Below, in pieces: positions 47,610 through 57,419 of a stretch of 64,000 nucleotides of DNA. The notes beneath the pieces were generated by a model. It was not told the DNA's origin. It made no database searches and saw only the letters and a program-made list of their open reading frames with translations. This DNA comes from Candidatus Nomurabacteria bacterium (GTDB taxonomy: Bacteria > Patescibacteriota > Saccharimonadia > JAGOAT01), in contig JACKGM010000002.1 in the NCBI GenBank assembly GCA_020639315.1, forward strand, positions 158,321 through 222,320, read 5' to 3'. The position numbers were made by a program, and so were the translations under genes. Position 1 is the first letter of the stretch; every line of letters starts with the position of its first letter.

Positions 47610-48410
47610 ATGAATATGAAGGGATTAATTGCTGCCGGTGGTCAGGGTACCAGACTTGGCGAACTGACAAGGGTAACTAACAAACATATGCTACCTGTAG
47701 CTGACTTGCCAATGATTTACTACCCGTTGCAAACACTTAGCCTCGGCGGAATTAGCAAAATCATGATTGTTACAGGCAAGGATCACGCTGGAGACTTCGT
47801 CAACTTACTAGGAAGTGGTAAGATCGATAAGCGTTTTTACGAGACAGATCAAGACCGCAATTTGTTTGAGCTTGATCTAACCTACAAGGTACAAACTAAG
47901 CCACAAGGATTAGCTCAGGTAGTGGGAATGGCTCAAGATTTTGTATCTGATGGTGAAAAGTTTGCCTTTATCCTGGGAGACAACATTGTCGAAAATTCTC
48001 TTGACCAATATTTTAAAGAATTTGAAGCATTACCTATGGGTTCGGCTATGGTATTCTTTTCTGAAGTAACCGATCCAGAAAGATTTGGCGTACCTAGGTT
48101 TAACCAAAATGATGAAGTGGTAGAGATAATTGAAAAACCTGGCAAACTCAACCCCGGTCCACCTCCTAGTAATTATGCCCAAATCGGAGTTTACCTTTTT
48201 GACAGTACTGTCTTTGATCTGGTACAGCGTTCCAAGCCTAGCCAGAGGGGAGAGTATGAGATTACAGACCTGATAAACCCATATATTGCAAAAAAGTCGC
48301 TGCATCACCGCTTCATCAAAGGCTGGTGGCAAGATGTAGGGACAATCCAATCTTTATCTAATGTGGGCCAACTAATAGCAAAGACTGGCGCCAATAATCA
48401 ACCCAACTAA
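47610..48410 (+). CDS. glucose-1-phosphate thymidylyl/uridylyl-transferase-like sugar nucleotidyltransferase
   Basis: AAGGQGTRLGELTRVTNKHMLPV N-terminal signature. ...ILGDN... Confidence 0.8.
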   Translation: MNMKGLIAAGGQGTRLGELTRVTNKHMLPVADLPMIYYPLQTLSLGGISKIMIVTGKDHAGDFVNLLGSGKIDKRFYETDQDRNLFELDLTYKVQTKPQGLAQVVGMAQDFVSDGEKFAFILGDNIVENSLDQYFKEFEALPMGSAMVFFSEVTDPERFGVPRFNQNDEVVEIIEKPGKLNPGPPPSNYAQIGVYLFDSTVFDLVQRSKPSQRGEYEITDLINPYIAKKSLHHRFIKGWWQDVGTIQSLSNVGQLIAKTGANNQPN

Positions 48411-48411
48411 T

Positions 48412-49995
48412 ATGCTCTCCAGGCTTTTTGGCTCAAGACGAGTTACCCTCAACCCGGATGCAATGCCAACTGACTCAAATATCCTATTTATTTCCAAGCG
48501 CCAACGCTTGCTTGAGATTTTTATCGGTACCATTAGTATTCAGATACTATTAGTTTTTTTACTGATCGGGATCTTCAACCCTCTAGTCTATGCCTTCATA
48601 ATTATTGGTTATGATATTTACTGGCTACTGAAAAGCATTAATATCTCAATCATTACCATCAGGGGTTATAGAAATCTCAAAGCCTCTCACAAGACTGACT
48701 GGTCGGCTAAACTTGAAACACTAGACTCAATGACTGGGCCCAACTACCGTCAACTTTATCATCTAATCATAATACCCACCTACAATGAACCGATTGAGGT
48801 CTTAAGAGATTCGATGTTAGCAATTAGCAAAGTTGACTATGACCCAAAGAAACTAATCATAGTGATCGCAGCCGAACAAAGAGCAGGTCAGGAATTTATC
48901 GACAATGCCAAAATAATTCAGACAGAGTTTTCTGAATATTTTAATCGTCTACTATTGATTGAACATCAACAAGATTTGCCTGGAGAAATCCCTGGCAAAG
49001 GTGCCAATATTACCTACGCCGGTCAAAAGCTCAAGTCTATCTTGGTCGACCAGAAAGGTCTTGATCCCGCTAAGATTATTGTCACTACGCTGGATGCCGA
49101 TCATCAACCCGATCGACAATACTTCAGCGAATTGACCTACAAATACCTGACGACAGACAATAGAAGCCACTATAGCTTTCAACCAATCCCCTTATTTTTT
49201 AACAATATCTGGGAAGTACCAGCACCTATTCGCATTGTGGCCACCGGTAACTCCTTTTGGGTGCTGATTGAATCGATGAGACCCCACCGACTGAGAAACT
49301 TTGCTGCTCATTCTCAGAGCCTAGATGCCCTGATCAAGACTGACTTCTGGTGTAAAATAAGTCCAGTCGAAGATGGTCGACACTACTGGCGGTCACTTTT
49401 GGCCTTTGATGGAGACTATCATGTCAAGCCTATATATTCACCTATCTATCAAGATGCTGTTCAAGCCGAAACACTACCAAAGACAGTCAAGGCACAGATT
49501 GGCCAGCTTCGTCGCTGGGCCTGGGGCATAACCGATATGATTTATCTTGTCCAAGAATTTCCTAAAAATTCCAAGATTTCCAGACCAGCTAAGTTAGTGC
49601 ATTTGACGAGGTTAATAGATGGGCATATTAGTTGGGCTACTGCTTCAATCATTATTTTCTTCTCAGCCTGGATACCAATCTTTTTTAGTAGAAGCTTTAG
49701 TGATCTGGCTGTTATTTACAACCTTCCTGACATTGCCAGTAGTATCCTTTTACTAGCTAACCTAGCAATTTTCACAACTATTTGGATTAGCCTCCTGATC
49801 GTGCCTAGTCCAATTGGTAGATTAAAGCCTTGGCGCTATTTTGGCCTAATCATCCAATGGGCACTATTGCCGGTAGTTGCACTCTGTATTTTTTCATATG
49901 CAGCCCTCAGTGCTCAGTTGCAACTAGCAGCTGGCAAGTACCTCGGATTTAATGTGACCAAAAAACTCCCCAAGAAGTATTCCCGCACTGACTAA
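48412..49995 (+). CDS. membrane-embedded family-2 glycosyltransferase (processive synthase-like)
   Basis: IIPTYNEP, TLDADHQPD and Q(L)RRWAWG (QxxRW) motifs, flanked by TM segments. Confidence 0.7.
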   Translation: MLSRLFGSRRVTLNPDAMPTDSNILFISKRQRLLEIFIGTISIQILLVFLLIGIFNPLVYAFIIIGYDIYWLLKSINISIITIRGYRNLKASHKTDWSAKLETLDSMTGPNYRQLYHLIIIPTYNEPIEVLRDSMLAISKVDYDPKKLIIVIAAEQRAGQEFIDNAKIIQTEFSEYFNRLLLIEHQQDLPGEIPGKGANITYAGQKLKSILVDQKGLDPAKIIVTTLDADHQPDRQYFSELTYKYLTTDNRSHYSFQPIPLFFNNIWEVPAPIRIVATGNSFWVLIESMRPHRLRNFAAHSQSLDALIKTDFWCKISPVEDGRHYWRSLLAFDGDYHVKPIYSPIYQDAVQAETLPKTVKAQIGQLRRWAWGITDMIYLVQEFPKNSKISRPAKLVHLTRLIDGHISWATASIIIFFSAWIPIFFSRSFSDLAVIYNLPDIASSILLLANLAIFTTIWISLLIVPSPIGRLKPWRYFGLIIQWALLPVVALCIFSYAALSAQLQLAAGKYLGFNVTKKLPKKYSRTD

Positions 49996-50078
49996 TATTT
50001 ATTAGAAAACAACCCCATTTGACATTTTCTCAGGATATGGGACAATAAGCATAAGATTAATAAACCATTGGAGGGAAT

Positions 50079-50678
50079 ATGGTAAAGGATTATCAAAAGT
50101 ATTTAGCGGAGCTAATTGGTACATTTGGTTTAGCTGGAGCAGTCTTGGCTCTGGTCTCAAACCCTAGCCTGGGAGTAGCAGTCCCAATCGGAGTCGGAGC
50201 TACCTTAGGACTTTTTGTCCTACTGATTGGTAATGTATCTGGCTGCCACATCAACCCAGCAGTTAGTCTAGGTCAATTCGTATTCGGCAAGATTGATGCT
50301 AAGACCACAATTGGCTACTTAGTGAGCCAATTTCTTGGTGCTTTTTTGGCTCTTGTTTTATTCAATCAAGTAGTAGGATCGATGCCAGAATTGCCAATCG
50401 TCAATGACTGGCAGACCGCCCTATTTGAAACCTTAGGTACTGCCTTGTTCTGCTTTGGTATCGGCATGACTATTGGTAACAAGCTAGAGGGTCTAGCTGC
50501 TGCTAGCGCGATTGGTATGAGCCTAGGATTTGGGATTATCATTGCTGCCAATGTCAGTAATGCCTTTCTTAACCCTGCTGTAGCCTTAGCCTTCGACGCC
50601 TTGTCTCCTATCTATGTTTTGGCTCCAATCGTCGGATCTATCATAGGGTTTGGGGTTGCAAAACTGCTCAAGAACTAG
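50079..50678 (+). CDS. MIP-family channel (aquaporin/glycerol facilitator-like)
   Basis: Two NPA boxes (HINPAVSLG, LNPAVALA) and six TM segments. Confidence 0.9.
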   Translation: MVKDYQKYLAELIGTFGLAGAVLALVSNPSLGVAVPIGVGATLGLFVLLIGNVSGCHINPAVSLGQFVFGKIDAKTTIGYLVSQFLGAFLALVLFNQVVGSMPELPIVNDWQTALFETLGTALFCFGIGMTIGNKLEGLAAASAIGMSLGFGIIIAANVSNAFLNPAVALAFDALSPIYVLAPIVGSIIGFGVAKLLKN

Positions 50679-51656
50679 ATGAGCTTTAGAAACCGTTGGG
50701 TCAGATTACTAATAATATTTTTGCTCTTACTAGTATCCGGTAGTATTGCTCTCGATAGAGCCAACCCTGAGCTAGGATTTTGGAACAATTTCTACTATAG
50801 CCTGATTATTCTTCTGACCCATATCGACCATCATGACTACCATGGATTGAGTAGTCGGATCTATGTTATAATTATGATGCTGGCAAATCTGATATTTATC
50901 GCATATTTGCTCAAATATTTTGCCGAATATGTCATGCAACTAGATACTAAACTAAGGGATATTAAATTGAGAAAAAAACTTGACAAGATCAGTAACCACT
51001 ACATAGTCTGTGGTACCGGCAGAGTAGGTAGTAATGTCGCTAAAGAGCTTCGAAATGAGGAAGTGGCCTTTGTCACAATCGACAAACGCGAATCCTATCA
51101 AGACCAAGCCGACTCTGACCTTCATATCATAGGTGACGCTTCGCTCGAGCAGACCCTGATTGATGCTGGCCTAGCGAGAGCCAAGGGTATTATCGTTAGT
51201 CTTGGCCGAGATGCAGAGAATCTACTTGTGACAGTTACAGCCAGGCAACTCAATCCAGACATATTTATTGTCGCAAGAGCCCATACCGAAGCCCACGGGC
51301 AAAAGCTCTTGAGAGCTGGAGCCGATCGCATCACTATGCCCCATGCCATCGGTGGCTACCATATGGCGACCATGCTACTGAGACCTGATGTCGTTGACTT
51401 TCTAGATATTTTAGGGAGCAATAAGGATAACAAGCTTCAGATCGAAGAGATAATAATTGAAGATGATAGCAAAGTCCTCGGTAAAACAATCGCCCAAATT
51501 GAAAACTTGAGAATTGATATTCAAATCCTCGCTGTCATCGATAAAGAGGGAGAAATCAACATCAAACCAGCTCCAAACACCAAAATCCATAGTGGGCAGA
51601 AACTCATCCTGCTCGGCAAAAAGCTTCAACTCCGCAAAGCTAGTGAAATCCTCTGA
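50679..51656 (+). CDS. 2-TM pore + RCK (TrkA-N/TrkA-C) channel-like protein with a non-canonical filter
   Basis: Rossmann VCGTGRVGSNVAKEL and a TrkA-C-like tail. The pore helix FYYSLIILLTHIDHHDYHG aligns with FYWSLVTLTTVGYGD. Confidence 0.65.
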   Translation: MSFRNRWVRLLIIFLLLLVSGSIALDRANPELGFWNNFYYSLIILLTHIDHHDYHGLSSRIYVIIMMLANLIFIAYLLKYFAEYVMQLDTKLRDIKLRKKLDKISNHYIVCGTGRVGSNVAKELRNEEVAFVTIDKRESYQDQADSDLHIIGDASLEQTLIDAGLARAKGIIVSLGRDAENLLVTVTARQLNPDIFIVARAHTEAHGQKLLRAGADRITMPHAIGGYHMATMLLRPDVVDFLDILGSNKDNKLQIEEIIIEDDSKVLGKTIAQIENLRIDIQILAVIDKEGEINIKPAPNTKIHSGQKLILLGKKLQLRKASEIL

Positions 51657-51657
51657 T

Positions 51658-52293
51658 TTGCAGGCTAGAATTATTTTTGAATCGCCAGAATTTTATATTC
51701 TAGATAAGCCAGCTGGGATGATTGTTAATTCTGTTAAGGCAGAGCAGGGAATAGCTGAATTGCTTCAGCCAGACAAATCAGCCTTCAATTTTGGTATTGT
51801 CCACCGACTCGATCGTGATACATCAGGGCTTCTTATTATTGCCAAGACCAAGGAGACTCAAGTCAAACTCCAAGAGCTTTTTAAATCTCGCAAGGTATCA
51901 AAAAAATATCTTGCCCTAGTATCACCAAAGCCCAAACTCATGCAGGCAAGGCTAGAGCTTCCACTGACCAGAAACCCCAAAAATCGAGAGAAATGGCAGG
52001 TAGGGATTAATGGCAAGCTTGCAATTAGCCAATACAAAACACTTAAGCAATTATCCAGATACTCACTACTAGAAATCGAGATTCTGACCGGCAGAACTCA
52101 CCAGATCCGTGCCCATCTCGCCCATCTTCACTCACCAGTAGTGGGTGATACGCTCTATGGAGCAAAAACTAGACCCGATGGACTGACTAGACAATTCCTC
52201 CACGCATCGAAGCTTAGCTTCCAGCTCGATGAACAATCCTACAATTTCACTTCAGACCTCCCTCCCGACTTAGCTTCCTTTCTTAGACTCTAA
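51658..52293 (+). CDS. RluA-family pseudouridine synthase (no S4 domain)
   Basis: HRLDRDTSGLLIIAK and GRTHQIRAH motifs. Start set to the in-frame TTG at 51658, just after the upstream stop; the ORF-track start at 51514 would overlap the channel gene by 143 nt. Confidence 0.8.
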   Translation: MQARIIFESPEFYILDKPAGMIVNSVKAEQGIAELLQPDKSAFNFGIVHRLDRDTSGLLIIAKTKETQVKLQELFKSRKVSKKYLALVSPKPKLMQARLELPLTRNPKNREKWQVGINGKLAISQYKTLKQLSRYSLLEIEILTGRTHQIRAHLAHLHSPVVGDTLYGAKTRPDGLTRQFLHASKLSFQLDEQSYNFTSDLPPDLASFLRL

Positions 52294-52308
52294 AACCACA
52301 GCTTAGAT

Positions 52309-52472
52309 TATAGCAAGTTAAAAACAAAATCAGACTTTTGACCCAACTCTAGAGTCTATAAAGCTAGTTTTCTTACTCACCATATCTATGGATATGGCTC
52401 TTAAGAAGAACTACCTTTCTAGTTCTCTATAGTACAGCTCAAATTGTCCGGTTTTGTTTTGAGCTTGCTATA
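52309..52472 (+). mobile_element. MITE-A copy (164 bp)
   Basis: Full-length copy with both TIRs, between rluA-like and tRNA-Thr. Confidence 0.8.
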
Positions 52473-52555
52473 TTTAAAAATATCATAGTAATGCCATAAA
52501 GTTTTATGGTAAGATACTTAGCGTGATAGCCCAATATTTTGGTTCATCACAAATC

Positions 52556-52631
52556 GCCCAAATAGCTCAATTGGTAGAGCAGCTGTTTTGTAAACAGCCG
52601 GTTAGCGGTTCGAGTCCGCTTTTGGGCTCCA
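52556..52631 (+). tRNA. tRNA-Thr (TGT)
   Basis: GCCCAAA/TTTGGGC acceptor, anticodon loop TTTGTAA, T arm AGCGG-TTCGAGT-CCGCT, encoded CCA. Confidence 0.9.
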
Positions 52632-52651
52632 GTTTGAGCAAACCAAAGCTT

Positions 52652-53344
52652 ATGATTTCCCTTAACCCGGCCTCCCAATCACGCCTATCCCTTATCAGCA
52701 ACAATGCTATTAGTAGCTATATAATATCTGGTCTAGAGAATCAAGACTTGTCTGAAATCGCCCAGTATCTAGCTACTAAGTGGGGCATCAACCCATCAAG
52801 CATTAATACTATCAACCCCGATACTGATAAGCTCAAAATCAGTCTTAATCAAATCAAGCAATTCAAAGCTCATCGTCAGCATAGAGCGGTTAATACCGAG
52901 CTAACGATTGTCGAGCAGCCTGAAAAGCTTAGCCTAGAAGCCTCCAATGCCTTGCTCAAGGAGCTGGAAGAACCGGGTGCCAACAAATATATCCTCTTTT
53001 TATCCAAAAACCCCTATAGACTACTATCTACTATTAGATCTCGCTTACCCTTGGTGTCACTTGGTTATCAAACCTTAATCAACCCCAAGACTAGCTACTT
53101 AAGCACTTCGACCCTAGGACGACTCAAGCTAATAGAGCAATACAGTTCTAGACCCAAATTAGAAGCTCTACTAATATCACTCAGTAGTGAATTGTCCTTA
53201 TCGATCAATGATGAGCTGTTATCCTCTAGTCAGCAGCTAGATAACTGGTACCGAGTATTATTGTCTACGATCCAAGACATGACGATCAATCTCAATATAA
53301 AGCTCCTCCTAACCAAGCTTTCAATAATAAAAGAGCTACGATGA
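52652..53344 (+). CDS. holB: DNA polymerase III delta'-like clamp-loader subunit
   Basis: LLKELEEPGANKYILFLSKNPYRLLSTIRSR matches the delta'/gamma box. Start moved to the ATG at 52652 because the upstream part of the ORF overlaps tRNA-Thr. Confidence 0.65.
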   Translation: MISLNPASQSRLSLISNNAISSYIISGLENQDLSEIAQYLATKWGINPSSINTINPDTDKLKISLNQIKQFKAHRQHRAVNTELTIVEQPEKLSLEASNALLKELEEPGANKYILFLSKNPYRLLSTIRSRLPLVSLGYQTLINPKTSYLSTSTLGRLKLIEQYSSRPKLEALLISLSSELSLSINDELLSSSQQLDNWYRVLLSTIQDMTINLNIKLLLTKLSIIKELR

Positions 53345-53976
53345 ATCTTTCTATTATTCTAATCATTATCCTGTTTGTGACCTTGATTTATTACCTCAAA
53401 AGCCAGCTTTACGACTTCAATACTAGCAACTTTGTCAAATCAATGATCGACAAAGTTGAGACCAGAAACTCAGTGTTCAATAAGACCCTTCTCAGAGCAG
53501 ACCACTTGTTTGATGAAAAAGACTACCGCAAAGCCGAACAGTTTTATCTCAAAGCCCTCAGTCTCAATGACAAAAATGCCCATTGCTTTAACCGTCTTGG
53601 AGTAATCTACAATAGGCATGGCCACCACCAGGATGCCCTGATTAGCTTTGAGCACGCAGTCAAGCTTAACCCCATTGCCAACAACTATCACAACCTTGGT
53701 CTGACTCAGCTTACCCTTCACAGTTTTCACGATGCTATCTCTAGTCTCAGTTCTGCCCTCACAGAACAAAAAAAGCCCAGTATCTATCTAGCAATCGCCA
53801 AAGCCCATAGCTCGCTCGGAGACCTTGCAAGTCAAATCAGTGTCCTGGAGACTGCTATAACAGAGCTACCAGATAGCCTAAGTCTCCACAATGCCCTACT
53901 CGAAGCCTACCAAGCCCAATCTGATACCAGACAGGTTGCCGCTATCAAGGCTAAGATCAAAAAGCTCAAAGGCTAA
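53341..53976 (+). CDS. TM-anchored TPR-repeat protein
   Basis: N-terminal TM segment and several 34-aa TPR-like units (A..Y.kAL.l...na...N.lG..Y). Confidence 0.6.
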   Translation: MNLSIILIIILFVTLIYYLKSQLYDFNTSNFVKSMIDKVETRNSVFNKTLLRADHLFDEKDYRKAEQFYLKALSLNDKNAHCFNRLGVIYNRHGHHQDALISFEHAVKLNPIANNYHNLGLTQLTLHSFHDAISSLSSALTEQKKPSIYLAIAKAHSSLGDLASQISVLETAITELPDSLSLHNALLEAYQAQSDTRQVAAIKAKIKKLKG

Positions 53977-54016
53977 ACTCCAAGTCGTACTCGGATAGAC
54001 AAATCATATCCGTAGA

Positions 54017-54135
54017 TATAGCATACCCCAAACAAAACTGGACAATTTGGGACTACTAATAAAGAGTTGGAAAATACTAACTTTGTAGCCTTTAGTAGTG
54101 AGTCAAAAGGCTGGTTTTGTTTGGGGTATGCTATA
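54017..54135 (+). mobile_element. MITE-A-related element (119 bp) with covarying termini
   Basis: TATAGCATACCCCAAACAAAACTGGAC ... GGCTGGTTTTGTTTGGGGTATGCTATA. Confidence 0.6.
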
Positions 54136-54211
54136 GATGTGTTAAAATATAACTAGTTGCCAAAACCACACAATATTTATCTTTATTAATCTTTGGTAGC
54201 TGGAGGAAACT

Positions 54212-54775
54212 ATGCAAGTATTATTTGTCCTGATCGCTATCCTGGCCTTGATCGCTGGCTGGATTATCATCACCTACAATAGCCTAATCACTGCTCGCAA
54301 TCGAGTAGATGAAGCCTTGAGCGATATTACTGTTCAGCTCAAAAGACGCTTTGATTTGATCCCAAACTTAGTAGAAACTGTCAAAGGTTATGCCAAACAT
54401 GAGCAGGAAACACTTGAGAAAGTGATAGCTGCTCGCAATCAAGCCATGCAGACCGACCCCAGCGACATTCAAGCCAGTGCTCAGGCTGACAATACTTTGA
54501 GTGCCACCCTCAAGAGTATCTTCGCTTTGTCCGAAAGCTACCCCGATCTCAAAGCCAATCAAAACTTTCTTGATCTCCAAAATGAACTGACTGATGCCGA
54601 AAATAAGATTCAAGCTTCCAGACGCTTTTACAACAACAATGTTCGAGTCTACACTACCAAGACCCAGACATTTCCCACCAATATTATTGCGAACCAGCTT
54701 CACTTCAAAAGCTACAAATACTATGAGGTAGAGAATCAAGCCGAAGTAGAGAAGCCAGTCGAGGTCAAATTTTAG
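54212..54775 (+). CDS. lemA: LemA family protein
   Basis: N-terminal TM segment, then YNSLITARNRVDEALSDITVQLKRRFDLIPNLVETVKGYAKHE. Confidence 0.9.
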   Translation: MQVLFVLIAILALIAGWIIITYNSLITARNRVDEALSDITVQLKRRFDLIPNLVETVKGYAKHEQETLEKVIAARNQAMQTDPSDIQASAQADNTLSATLKSIFALSESYPDLKANQNFLDLQNELTDAENKIQASRRFYNNNVRVYTTKTQTFPTNIIANQLHFKSYKYYEVENQAEVEKPVEVKF

Positions 54776-54778
54776 CCA

Positions 54779-55660
54779 GTGCAAGCTCCGATCTATCAAC
54801 AAATTGCTAGCAATAAGCGTAAAACTTGGTTACTAATTATTAGTTTTATTGTTCTACTCAGTGTAATTAGCTATGGTCTTTACCTTTACTACGGTGACCC
54901 TTCGATCATCGTGACTGGGGTAGTATTTTCTCTAGTCTATAGCTATATCGGTTATTTAGGGTCTGCTAAGCTGGCCTTATCAGTCAATCATGCCAAACCG
55001 ATTGACAAATCAGACGCCCCGGAGGTCTATCGCATGGTCGAGAATCTAGCAATCACAGCCGGACTACCAATGCCAAAAGTCTATATCATTAGTGACCCAG
55101 CACTCAATGCCTTTGCTACTGGGCGAGATCCTGAACACGCCCATGTAGCCATGACTAGCGGTATCATTAATGCCCTTGATCAAACCGAACTCGAAGGGGT
55201 GATCGGGCATGAACTCTCTCATATCAAGAACTATGATATCCGAATCATGACCATCATCATTGCCCTAGTCGGGATCATCTCACTTTTGACCAATTGGGTG
55301 ATGCGGCTAAATCTTTTTGGTAGGGATGACGACAATCGCTCCAATAATCCAATCGGACTAATTATCATGATAGCAAGCTTAATCATCGCGCCAATAGTAG
55401 CCAATCTGATCAAGCTAGCTATCTCTCGCAAGCGGGAATATCTAGCTGACGCCTCCTCAGCGATGTTGACCCGTTATCCAGAAGGTCTTGCCGATGCCCT
55501 AGAGAAAATTTCCGGTCACTCTCAGCTGGTTCAAGCTAGCCCCAGCTCGGCCCATCTCTTTATCGCCAACCCTCTCAAGTCTGCTAGTTTGTCTCGACTT
55601 TTCTCGACTCACCCGCCAATTCAAGAGAGAATCAAAATACTCAGGTCAATGGATCAATGA
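54779..55660 (+). CDS. htpX: M48 zinc metalloprotease HtpX
   Basis: HELSHIKNYD (HExxH), four TM segments, C-terminal STHPP..ERI. Confidence 0.9.
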   Translation: MQAPIYQQIASNKRKTWLLIISFIVLLSVISYGLYLYYGDPSIIVTGVVFSLVYSYIGYLGSAKLALSVNHAKPIDKSDAPEVYRMVENLAITAGLPMPKVYIISDPALNAFATGRDPEHAHVAMTSGIINALDQTELEGVIGHELSHIKNYDIRIMTIIIALVGIISLLTNWVMRLNLFGRDDDNRSNNPIGLIIMIASLIIAPIVANLIKLAISRKREYLADASSAMLTRYPEGLADALEKISGHSQLVQASPSSAHLFIANPLKSASLSRLFSTHPPIQERIKILRSMDQ

Positions 55661-56322
55661 AATCAATCAAAGCTAGCTATGATCGGATGGTTAAGACTCT
55701 AAGATTTAGCTGGTTGCCAATTCTTGTCATTACTTTTATTAGCTACCTTGCCAATGGAGATACTAGTGTCGGAATTATCAATCTATATCTGGTATTTTCA
55801 GTTTCTTGGCTGACACTCAATATCGATTCAATCCAGTCTAGTGATAAATGGTCACAGGCAATGCGTCGAGCCAACACAACTTTACTTAGCTACATTGCAG
55901 CCATGATTATTAGTATAATCATTAGCCTGCCCTGGCTCTACCTAGTGATATTTAGCTCACTGATTGCCACCCAGGTCGGGAATAGTATTTTATTACTAAT
56001 ACTTGGGGTGGTGATTATCTTGATCGGCATCTATATCTTGATCCGATTTAGCCTAGCCTTTGTCTTAATTCTCAAGCTTGACTTACCTATATTTAAAGCC
56101 CTCAACCAAAGCTGGTCTTTACTTGCAGGCAAAAAGATTCTTAAAGCCATACCTTACTATCTAATAGTCAGCTTGATTGGCTTACTGATACTAGTACCCT
56201 TCTTGATCTTCCCAAGTTTGGGTCTATTTCTGACCACCCTTGCTACAGCTGTAATTGCCATACTGTTGACTGAGACTAGCTACCAAATCTATTGTAAAGT
56301 AAGCCCAAAAAAGTTAAAATGA
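55657..56322 (+). CDS. hypothetical multi-pass membrane protein
   Basis: 221 aa and hydrophobic. 4-nt overlaps with both neighbours. Confidence 0.45.
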   Translation: MKSIKASYDRMVKTLRFSWLPILVITFISYLANGDTSVGIINLYLVFSVSWLTLNIDSIQSSDKWSQAMRRANTTLLSYIAAMIISIIISLPWLYLVIFSSLIATQVGNSILLLILGVVIILIGIYILIRFSLAFVLILKLDLPIFKALNQSWSLLAGKKILKAIPYYLIVSLIGLLILVPFLIFPSLGLFLTTLATAVIAILLTETSYQIYCKVSPKKLK

Positions 56323-57419
56323 ATACTATGAAGCTCAGTAATCTAGCTCGCACAATCTTGATCTCAAGTCTAGCAATGGTATTTCTGCTTTCTCCTATCC
56401 AAATCTTTGCCGACCAACTGCAAGATCAAATTGACGCCCTAGATACTCAGATTACTCAAAGGCAAGAGACCCTCAACCAATTGCGAGCCAAGAGTGATAC
56501 CCTAGAGAATCGCCTTGGGGTATTGGCAGCTGAAATCGATTTTGCCAGAGTTAGTATCGAAGATACCAAAGCCAAGCTTACTCAGACTGAGAGTAAGATT
56601 GGTGAAATCAATCTAGAGCTCCAAGACCAAAAAGTCTTACTTGGTCAAAACTTTCGACTTTTGTATCAAGAAAATCAAGTCAAAACCTTAGAGCTTTTGG
56701 TCAGTAGCTCTAGCCTAAGTGACTTTGTCAACAAGCAAGAGTATATCTCGAAGATTGGTGAGAAAATCGATGCTAGTATCGCCGATATCAAAGTCTTAAA
56801 AGATCAGCTAGAGCAAGAATACAAGAGTCAGCAACAGCTTGCCGCCCAGCAACAAGCCCAAGCTGACAATTTAGCAGCTCAGATAGCAGAACAGCAACGA
56901 GTCCTCAATGTCACCAAGGGCGAAGAGTCCAAGTATCAAGAATTGATTGCCAGTGACCAAAGTAAACGGGCAGAGCTAGAAGCCCAGCAAGCAGCAGCCA
57001 TCGCAGCAGCAGCTCAGCAGATTACCTACACTGGTGGTGACGGTTCATACCCCTGGTCGGGAGTTAGTTTTCCTAGCTTTCAATCAGATCCTTGGGGATT
57101 TTATTTGCGCCAATGTACTAGCTATGCAGCCTGGAAAAGAGCAAGTATCGGCAAGGCAATCCCTGCCTGGGGTACTATGGGTCCTGCTGATGCCAAAATG
57201 TGGGTAGGTTGGGCAAATAGCTTTGGCTATAGTGTCGACCAAGACCCTCAGTATGGTGATGTAGCAGTCTATCAAGGTGGAGTCTACGGACATGTTGGGA
57301 TTGTCGAGGAAGTGCTTGATGGTGGCAACTCGGTCAGGATTAGTGAGTACAATGCTCAGTTTGATGGTCAATTCTCTTATAGCGTTTGGCCCACTAGTAG
57401 CTTAATGTTCATTCACTAG
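56319..57419 (+). CDS. secreted coiled-coil + CHAP-domain peptidoglycan hydrolase (PcsB-like layout)
   Basis: Signal peptide, long Gln/Ala/Glu-rich coiled coil, CHAP Cys context RQCTSYAAW and His GHVGIVEEV. Confidence 0.8.
   Translation: MNTMKLSNLARTILISSLAMVFLLSPIQIFADQLQDQIDALDTQITQRQETLNQLRAKSDTLENRLGVLAAEIDFARVSIEDTKAKLTQTESKIGEINLELQDQKVLLGQNFRLLYQENQVKTLELLVSSSSLSDFVNKQEYISKIGEKIDASIADIKVLKDQLEQEYKSQQQLAAQQQAQADNLAAQIAEQQRVLNVTKGEESKYQELIASDQSKRAELEAQQAAAIAAAAQQITYTGGDGSYPWSGVSFPSFQSDPWGFYLRQCTSYAAWKRASIGKAIPAWGTMGPADAKMWVGWANSFGYSVDQDPQYGDVAVYQGGVYGHVGIVEEVLDGGNSVRISEYNAQFDGQFSYSVWPTSSLMFIH

Noticed and set aside
51514-51657. ORF-track start of the RluA-family gene, which overlaps the channel gene by 143 nt.
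   Set aside because: Homology to RluA starts after the overlap, and an in-frame TTG at 51658 directly follows the upstream stop. The start remains uncertain.
52523-52651. N-terminal 43 codons of the holB-like ORF.
   Set aside because: This stretch is the tRNA-Thr gene read as protein. The start was moved to the ATG at 52652.
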